Assembly: GCA_964016885.1 (NCBI GenBank)
Contig: OZ024743.1
Coordinates: forward strand, 180,482,001-180,546,000
Source of the DNA: Eledone cirrhosa
Lineage: Eukaryota
Direction: 5' to 3'
Length of the DNA stretch: 64,000 bases
Positions 52,738-64,000 of the stretch are shown here, piece by piece (the first letter of the stretch is position 1; the number at the start of each line of letters is the position of its first letter). The position numbers were made by a program, and so were the translations under genes. The notes under the pieces were generated by a model. That model was not told where the DNA came from and made no database searches. It worked only from the letters and a program-made list of their open reading frames with translations.

Positions 52738-53098
52738 CCCTGTTAGACCTGTGCGAAATTCCTTCCTTGCTCACATTTCAACCAGGTTTGATGGTCTTTT
52801 GTCTCTTGTTCACGATTTCACCGAGTTTATATTCATAGAGATCTGGGACTTGTCTATTTCATTCCGCACTTTCCGTTGCTTAAACCATTTTGTTTGTTAC
52901 CCTACGTCCCCTTTATTTACGTGTCCCAACGACCTTTTTAGCCGTTGTTCGCACCAACCTGAGGCATATTGGCCCTTAAAGCGATGAAATTGCCTGGGAC
53001 GGTTGAGGGTCACTGATGAAGGACTTACTTTTTCATATGCACCACCATTTGCAACGCGCAGCCATCATTATTATCACATTTAACATATATATATATAT

Positions 53099-53184
<86 letters not shown>

Positions 53185-53185
53185 T

Positions 53186-53237
<52 letters not shown>

Positions 53238-53268
53238 TATATATATGTATATATATATATATATGTAT

Positions 53269-53309
<41 letters not shown>

Positions 53310-53384
53310 TATATATATGTATATATATATATATATGTATAACATATATATATATATGTGTATATATATATATATATGTATAAC

Positions 53385-53417
<33 letters not shown>

Positions 53418-53427
53418 TATGTATAAC

Positions 53428-53458
<31 letters not shown>

Positions 53459-53465
53459 TAACATA

Positions 53466-53580
<115 letters not shown>

Positions 53581-53582
53581 AC

Positions 53583-53616
<34 letters not shown>

Positions 53617-53679
53617 ATATATATAACATATATATATATATATATTTATATATGTATATATATATATAATATATATATA

Positions 53680-53716
<37 letters not shown>

Positions 53717-54267
53717 ACATATATATATATATTTATATATGTATATATATATATATATATTATATATATATATAATATATATAGGAACAAGTAAGACCCC
53801 GACGGCTGAGCTCAAGCCGTTTCGACGGCTAATTCTGAACTGATGAAAATTTATTCTGGTATTTAAATAGCCGATCTTATCAAAGGGTAATTCCATATAT
53901 GGTCAAAGAGATAATCACCAGGATTGGTCACATCACAAGTTAGTAGTAAATCTGTGAAGGCAAATTGGTGGGAGGAAGGGGTAGCTGAACCTGCCGGTAG
54001 GAGAAAAAGGGATAGGGGGTGGAGTAGACCCATTCATGCGTTGGTAGTGCCAGCTACAGCTGGGTGTTAGGTCAAAGAAGATACTGGGGAGGGGGAGGGG
54101 GAGGAAGTCGAAACGGTAAATAGAACAATCAAGGGTAAAACTATAAAAAGTACTGAGAGAGAAAAAAAATAAGCAAAGTCTGGTTACTAAGTCTCTCGCT
54201 ATTGCTCGGCTAAAGAAATACATAAATAAATAAATAAACAAATAAGTGAATAAAAGAATAGATAAAT

Positions 54268-54299
<32 letters not shown>

Positions 54300-55058
54300 A
54301 ATGAAGAATAAAAGATAAATAAAAATAAACTAGGTGGGACGGAAATAAAGGGACCCTTATACGAGGTATAAGTGCGTGTACCGTACGGTGACGGGTCAAC
54401 AAGGGGGGGGGGGGGGGCAAAATACTAAAGAGACTACCACGAAATAATAAAGGTTTCTACCCCAATCACAGGGCCAGCAACCACTCAGAGCAAGAACGTA
54501 AACTAGTACGAGAATATAATTCAGGGTCCCGCAAAAGAGTACTCGTGCTAACTCTAAGGGTACCGCCACGAAACAAAAAGTCTTATACAGGCTACATGAA
54601 AAATCGTACGAAGTAAAAGTAAAGAACGGAAAATTAATACAGAAACAGCCCCCCCCCCCCCCCCAAAAAAAAGGGAAAAAGAGGAAAGAAATACTGGATA
54701 AACGAGAAATTAAAGCAAAGATGCCACTAAGAAATATAGAAGGCACGGAAAAAAGGGACAGCGGTCGGAGAAGGTGGCAAGTATCCGAAGTCTAACACCT
54801 CTGCTATAAAAAGCGGAGTCAGCCAAATCTATCATAGAATAGGGGAGGGGGGGTACTGAAGCTACAAGGGTCCGAGGGGCTACCTCGGGTGGGCGAGACA
54901 AAGACGACGACAAAGAAAGGGAATTGGGGTATAGAAGGACTAGGGAGGGATGGGGGGAAGGAGGAAATATAGAGGAAGCGATAAAAGAATGTAAAAGAAG
55001 ATCTTACGTCTCCATTGGCAAGCAGGGGTTACCCCTTACAAAATAGGCAAGTGGAGTG

Positions 55059-56417
55059 TTATAGCCCTAGTCTACGCCCCCCCGGGTCATTATGGGGTTT
55101 GAGGGCGAGGTAAGTCCTACGTAATCGGTGTTTACATGCAGTAACCAGTTCATCTTTCTTGTTTAGGAGTTGGTCCGTCGAAAACAGCATTTGTATAGTT
55201 TCCTCCGAGCATAAATTGCACGAACGGCGTCCTCCCGTGTAAGAGTTGGCTCTGGACAGTAATTTCCAAGTGAGATCATAGTTGATGTTGTTGTCCTTGA
55301 GGTCCCATATGTGGCCCGAAAGTGTAGTGGCGTGACGCCGGGCCGGGTTTCGGAAGGTATGTCTGTGTTGGTATAGCCGGGTCTTGAAGTCACATGCGGT
55401 TAATCCTATATAAGCTTTGTTAGAGGTGTCCGTGTTCACGTTGCACTGGTAGATCACATTACGGTCTCTGCATCTGTTGTCGAGGGGGCAACTGGATCTA
55501 TCAGGACAGTTGCACCTCCTGGTCGGCTCTCCACTGCTATTTAGGTTGTTTCTTCCATCGGGGTTGAGTTTTTTGTTGTTGGAGGAGACGATGTTTTGTG
55601 CGAAGTTAGGTGTAGTGCTGTAAGAGAGTTTGATGGTATTTTTGTTAATTATGTTGCGGTAGTGGTGTTGTGGTGGGAAGTGTTTTTCAATGAGCCTAAA
55701 GAAAATTTTCCCGATGGGAGTTGTCACCTCGGCGTTGTGGGGAGGATTGAACCATGTTCCATTGCGTGAGCGACGGTGTCGCCTGCTGGTTCTGCTAATG
55801 GGAGCTGGACAGTAGAATATTTCCTCCAGGAAGCCACTCCGCTTGAGGGCCTGGTTGTAGTAAGGCGCATGTTCATCGAATATCTTCTCATTGGCTGACA
55901 GACGGGATATGCGGAGGGAGATGTTTTTGACCAGGTTGTTGGTGATGTTCCTAGGATGGTTAGATCGGCGGTGGATGTAGTGCAGGTTGTCATTGGGTTT
56001 CCTGTATGGGTAGTACAGGTCATTATTGAGATCGAGGGTAACGTCCAGGAAATTAACTCGGGTCAGGGACGTTTGTAGGGTTATTTTAAATCCACAGTCC
56101 CGGAAGAAGCTGATTAATTGTTTACAGACCCGATCTGTACTACTGGGGTTGTACACTTTAAGGGTAAGGAGCCCATCATCACGGTACAATCCACCACCGA
56201 AAGCAGGAAACATATCGGTGAGTTTGGCTATAAGGAATAATCCTATAAGATCTGTGACCTCCGCCGAATCCGTAGCGCCCATGCTGACGTCGAAGGGTGA
56301 GTCGGGAGCTCTTTTTATCCATTTGGAGTTGTCAAAGAGTAAGACTGTCTTCCTGGCGTGGAGGATGATTTTTCTTTCCTGGTCGGTGATGGGCACGAGT
56401 GCTTCGGCGAAGTCCAA
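55059..56417 (-). CDS. Penelope-like RT + GIY-YIG endonuclease (uninterrupted but 5'-truncated)
   Basis: FDVSMGATDSAEVTDLIG, GGLYRDDGL, VNFLDVTLDL, SNHP, CNC..CPL..VIY..YIG..FKTR..H, CNLC, CKH. Confidence 0.9.
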   Translation of the reverse strand: MDFAEALVPITDQERKIILHARKTVLLFDNSKWIKRAPDSPFDVSMGATDSAEVTDLIGLFLIAKLTDMFPAFGGGLYRDDGLLTLKVYNPSSTDRVCKQLISFFRDCGFKITLQTSLTRVNFLDVTLDLNNDLYYPYRKPNDNLHYIHRRSNHPRNITNNLVKNISLRISRLSANEKIFDEHAPYYNQALKRSGFLEEIFYCPAPISRTSRRHRRSRNGTWFNPPHNAEVTTPIGKIFFRLIEKHFPPQHHYRNIINKNTIKLSYSTTPNFAQNIVSSNNKKLNPDGRNNLNSSGEPTRRCNCPDRSSCPLDNRCRDRNVIYQCNVNTDTSNKAYIGLTACDFKTRLYQHRHTFRNPARRHATTLSGHIWDLKDNNINYDLTWKLLSRANSYTGGRRSCNLCSEETIQMLFSTDQLLNKKDELVTACKHRLRRTYLALKPHNDPGGRRLGL

Positions 56418-56432
56418 GGCGGCAGTAAGTAC

Positions 56433-56872
56433 TACTTTGGTGCGTTATGGTCCACCTGGTTCCTTACCACATTTCCTACATTGGTGCGTTATGGTCCACC
56501 TGGTTCCTTACCACATTTCCTACTTTGGTGCGTTATGGTTCACCTGGTTCCTTACCACATTTCCTACTTTGGTGTGTTATGATCCACCTGGTTCCTTACC
56601 ACATTTCCTACTTTGGTGCGTTATGGTCCACCTGGTTCCTTACCACATTTCCTACTTTGGTGCATTATGATCCACCTGGTTCCTTACCACATTTCCTACT
56701 TTGGTGCGTTATGGTCCACCTGGTTCCTTACCACATTTCCTACTTTGGTGCATTATGATCCACCTGGTTCCTTACCACATTTCCTACTTTGGTGCGTTAT
56801 GGTCCAACTGGTTCCTTACCACATTTCCTACTTTGGTGCGTTATGGTCCACCTGGTTCCTTACCACATTTCC
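56433..56872 (+). repeat. Minisatellite, 10 x 44 bp (TACTTTGGTGCGTTATGGTCCACCTGGTTCCTTACCACATTTCC)
   Basis: Unit starts at 56433, 56477, ... 56829; no spacers. Confidence 0.97.
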
Positions 56873-57052
56873 TTCGTTATATAATATATATAGATATATA
56901 TGTATATATATATATATATAACATATATATATATATAGATATAGATATATGTATATATATATAACATATATATATATTACATATATATATCTCTCTCTCT
57001 ATATATATATCATATATATATATTACATATATATATATATGTATATATATAT

Positions 57053-57090
<38 letters not shown>

Positions 57091-57166
57091 ACATATATAT
57101 ATATATATTACATATATATATATATAACATATATATATATATATATATAACATATATATATATATA

Positions 57167-57350
57167 TTTGTTTCTACTTTAGGCACAAGGCCAGCAATTA
57201 CCCAGTACATTACTGGTACTTTATTTTATCGACCCCGTAAGGATGAAAGGCAAAGTTAACCTCGGCGGGATTTGAACTCAGACTGTAAAGGGACGTAACT
57301 ATGCTAGAAAGCATGGCGTCCAACCCTCTACCGATACTGCCAATTCACCA
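57167..57350 (-). mobile_element. SINE family 1, near full length
   Basis: Reverse complement of 3698-3882 with substitutions. Confidence 0.8.
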
Positions 57351-57382
57351 TTACATATATATATACATATATATAACATATA

Positions 57383-59010
57383 CGAACCATCTTCACCCTA
57401 CAGACCCACACTCCCCCCGGCCTGAACTCCCCACCCTTATTCCTTTAGCCTTCGACCGCCCCCTCCCCCCACACATATCCCCCACTAACACCACTAACAC
57501 ACCCCTCCTTTTCACCGCCCACCCCACAACTAACAATACTAACACCTCCACCCCACACTCGACCACCCTTCCCCAACTAACATACTAACATCCCTCCCTT
57601 CTTCTCCTCCCCCCTCCTTATCACACGCACACACCCACCGGTACATATATACACGCGCTCACACTAAACACACACCCTACTACCACCACTAACCCTAACC
57701 CCCACACATCCACCCGACCACCCCGCAACTAACATCACTAACACCCCCGACCCCAAGCACACCAACACACACACCCTCTTACACCACCCACTCTACACAC
57801 CCTACCACCACTGACCCCCACTCACACCCGCATTCAACCCTTTCTCCACCTCCAGTATACTAACACCCACTAACACCCCTTCACCACACACACACTCATC
57901 ATACCACGCACACACACACCAGTACACTACACTCCCTCCATCGGCCCCCACACGCTTCTCTCCCCGCTCCACCCACACCCTTTCTCACACACACACACAT
58001 CCCACTAACACCTCTACTAATACACACACACCCCCTCCACACTCCAACTTTCACACCTACCCATCCTCTCCCCTGTCCACCGCACCTCATCACACACTGA
58101 CACACCGACTTTCTTCACTTACCATTCTACCCTACTGCTGCTATGCCCTTATCTCTGACCATCTCCCCGCACACACAGACACACAACCCTCCTCCTGACT
58201 TGACCCTCTGACCACTTCCTGTTGCGCGCGCACCCCACATCTCCCCTCTTCCGACCAATCTCTTCACGGATTACACATATGTGAACATCGATCCCTAGAA
58301 TCCACCACATCCCAAGGATATTACTCAGCATTCCACCACATCGTCTACGGAACTACCTTAAGGACTCACCCACTGACATACACCCCAAAAAAATGTTTTT
58401 CCCCACACGCCACCTACATCCACAACACGCATAAACACCACACACACACGTGCGTACCACCACATATTTACACATTCAGCCTCCGGAATCCTCTCCCCCA
58501 CCCCTCTATCCACACACGCACACACACTCAAACCTACACCCCAGCCCACACACACCTCTTCCTGAACATGCAACCCCGTTCTTCACCCAACTCTTACTTT
58601 CACATACACACACACACACACACGTACACTTACACACACACACACACCACCTTCAGCCCTCCCCGCTCGGACACCTCGCCTCCCTCTCCCCACTCCACCG
58701 CCACCACCCATACACGCTCCACACCCTTCCACCACCTGTTTTACTTCATGTGTATTTTTATTTTTATTTTTATCATGCTTTTATATTTAATTTCATTTGT
58801 ACCGTTTTCTCTCACCCTCTTTTTTCTATATGTCTCTCCACCACTCCCCTACACACCCTTCGAACTCTCTTCCACACACTTTTCACCTGAAGAAGGGCTT
58901 ATGCCCGAAACGTCGTGCCCCACTACCACCCCACTCGCAAGAGTGTGAAACTAAAAAACCTTTGTTCGTACTGCCTCTCTGTTTTGTTCCCGTTCAATTT
59001 TTTACTATAT
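57383..59010 (+). mobile_element. C/A-rich probable PLE 3' UTR ending in hammerhead 58884-58917
   Basis: CAC-CTGAAGA-A-GGGC ttat GCCC-GAAA-CGTC-GTG; flanked by (TA)n. Confidence 0.65.
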
Positions 59011-59011
59011 A

Positions 59012-59092
<81 letters not shown>

Positions 59093-59093
<1 letters not shown>

Positions 59094-61260
59094 GTTATAA
59101 GAATCAAAGTTCTGATCAAATCATTTATATGCTTACAATTGTTTCCTCCAAACTGAGGTTTGGATTCTTCGGAGCAATTTATTAATGGATGATCACAAAT
59201 ATGACCTCCTTTTCAACCCAAGAGACATACAGATACATATGCAAACATTGTTGCTTGGTAGGTCGACAACCATTATAATGTTTAGTGTGGCAGTATACAT
59301 TTAAAGGTTATATTCATATCAACAGTGGAAAAATCAAAAATTAAGGTTAAAATACAACATGAAATTAATGCGATAGGATAGCCATAAGCAGTTATTGAGT
59401 GCAATAGTTACACGTGTGGTACGCACGTGTGTCTTGTTTATATAATGCTATAGTGCGACAGAGTGTTACATTCAATAGAAGCACTTAAACGGACGAACAA
59501 GAGTGTTAAGGGGGTTGAACTGGTAATGAATCCTTTATACGAATGTTATAGAAGCCTGTGCGTGGAGAAATATTATAAATATTAAATATTGGAAATGTGT
59601 AGCAAAGCGATGATATGGATTCCATGTACAGCACCATTTTCACAGTCCGGGGAGCATAATATCCAGATTATATGGCCCTCACATAATCTACGACGATTCA
59701 ATATTGGGCGTTTGACGATTCTGCTAGAGTATCGTAGTTTGTTGGTCTTTAGCTCAATATAGCAGGTTGTTAAGTTGCGAGAATCAGCATCGAATTATTT
59801 TCCGGAAGTGTGTGTGTGACTAAGGGGAGTTAATGCGTGAGGGGAGGTAACTCAGTGATTTCTATGACTAAATATTAAATGGTGTCTCAAAATAGTCCCT
59901 ATCTTGTATGGTTATATACAGTTTCTAAAAATGTAAAGTGTCTTAACTATAATGTAGTCTATCAAGAAGCATTACTGGTGTTCATATTAGGGTGATCATC
60001 CTCCATTATAGAGTGCCACGATTGAATATTTCACACGATGAGCCAGATTTCCAAATCAATGATCATTGCAATTGCAGTCTACTCATAGAACCTGGCAGGG
60101 TGATTATATAATCACTTCAATCTACAATAATCCCTGGTAAGCTCTGGGTCAGTGCATGTCACATTGGATGTCAAAAGTTAACTATCACTAGGGTAGACCA
60201 GAGGTCAATCCACACTTATCATGTCACTAATCCGAGCTTCAATTCCTGCATATATGTACAACTCATATGCCATTTTCATTTCATTCACTGCACCCAGCAC
60301 ACAGGTTATATAGCTCATCAATGTTACTAAATTAAATTAGTCTATCATTTATCCAACGATGACACTTCATCCACAGAGCACCAACAATACAATCAATTTA
60401 ATGTTTAAATTATACATTAATTAAATAGTGGTGCAATGCAGTTCAATCAACTGAATGCAGTCACACCGAAGGTAGATGTACAAAGGGGTATTCCTACTGT
60501 GAAGGGTTCTAGATGGATGTCACTATTAGTGTTATATTGGATCAATGAGTGTGGTGAGGAGGTATAGGGTGTGCCCTTAGTATTTGATGCTAGAGGTGGT
60601 GCCTGGTTCAAATCTGACATTGCTATATATAAGGTTTAAAGTTTTGGAAGGAATGTCTGAAGCGGTGCTGGCAAGTTGCGAACACTTCAGATTTTTTGTT
60701 AAGTAGGTTATGGTTAGAGAAGATAATAGTGTGGGTCTCTAGTAGACAGAGGTTACAAAATTTATTAGGTGGTTTGTACGAAGTCGCGCTACCTATCACT
60801 TCCCATTTAAGTGTGTATGATTTATTTTTAGTTTTTAGATAGTGTATGTAGTTAGATAGTGACAGTGTTTTTTGAACGAGTGGATGTGCGAATTATACCT
60901 GGTTTTGAAGCAGTTAAACGTGAAGCCTACATAGGTTTCTGAAGAGTTGCTAGTTGTGACGGTGCATGAGTATATGATATCCTTGATTAAGCATTTCTTA
61001 TCTAAAGGGCAGGTTCTATTTGCTCTACAGTTACAATTATTCTGGGTGCTAATCTGTTGGTTAAAATGTTGTGTAGAAGTCCGGGTGGTAGCTATACGAT
61101 TTTGAATATGAGGGTTGTCGTCCCCGGTGTTATTGCTTATACTAGTGCTATTACTACTATTACTGCCGTTACTAGGGTTACTTGCTACTATTTAGGGTTT
61201 CTAAAAATATATATAACTACAAAAGGTTTTTGTATTTGCATAACCATAGATAGTATCCTT
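59093..61260 (-). mobile_element. PLE-5: GIY-YIG remnant (60623-61041), 3' UTR and degenerate hammerhead (59130-59176)
   Basis: Minus strand CNCRANRTCPLDKKCLIKDIIYSC..YVGFT..FKTRYNSH / LKWEVI..CNLCLLE..LLNKKSE..CQH (frameshifted, absent from the ORF track). Confidence 0.85.
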
Positions 61261-61264
61261 AATA

Positions 61265-64000
<2,736 letters not shown>

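Larger units (their letters stand above)
53783..56880 (-). mobile_element. PLE-4: 5'-truncated element with long 3' UTR, pLTR hammerhead (53796-53888) and inverted terminal array
   Basis: ORF, pLTR and tail match 7291-7457; flanked by (TA)n on both sides. Confidence 0.9.

Noticed and set aside
53014-53070. CTGATGA hammerhead core
   Set aside because: No downstream stem II-GAAA found.
56433-56872. CRISPR-like array
   Set aside because: Repeats are contiguous with no unique spacers, there are no cas genes, the context is eukaryotic, and the unit matches a PLE terminus at 7406-7457.
57686-57702. Telomeric CCCTAA repeat
   Set aside because: Only about two units within a C/A-rich tract; expected by chance.

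Overview
This is repeat-saturated eukaryotic DNA with no recognisable host gene. The tRNA-SINE families and the huge (TA)n/(AAT)n load resemble octopus or other cephalopod genomes (inference, not checked). There are three layers. (1) A ~20 kb uninterrupted chain (10.9-31.0 kb) of non-LTR retrotransposons: 7 copies from two R4/Dong-like RLE families on the + strand and 2 Tx1/L1-like elements on the - strand, stacked into each other's (AAT)n tails. (2) Many Penelope-like element (PLE) remnants inserted into (TA)n arrays: 5 with GIY-YIG and/or RT coding sequence, plus about 30 minimal type-I hammerhead ribozyme motifs in about 15 families. Most of these insertions are fold-backs with one long and one short outward-facing 3' end. 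One ends in a 10 x 44 bp array of its own terminal sequence, and one ORF-less tandem family looks like a retrozyme. (3) A near full-length RTE element, RTE fragments, SINEs, a MITE and a mini-Helitron. All coordinates were read by eye and boundaries may be off by several bases. Family names rest on motif recognition, not database searches.
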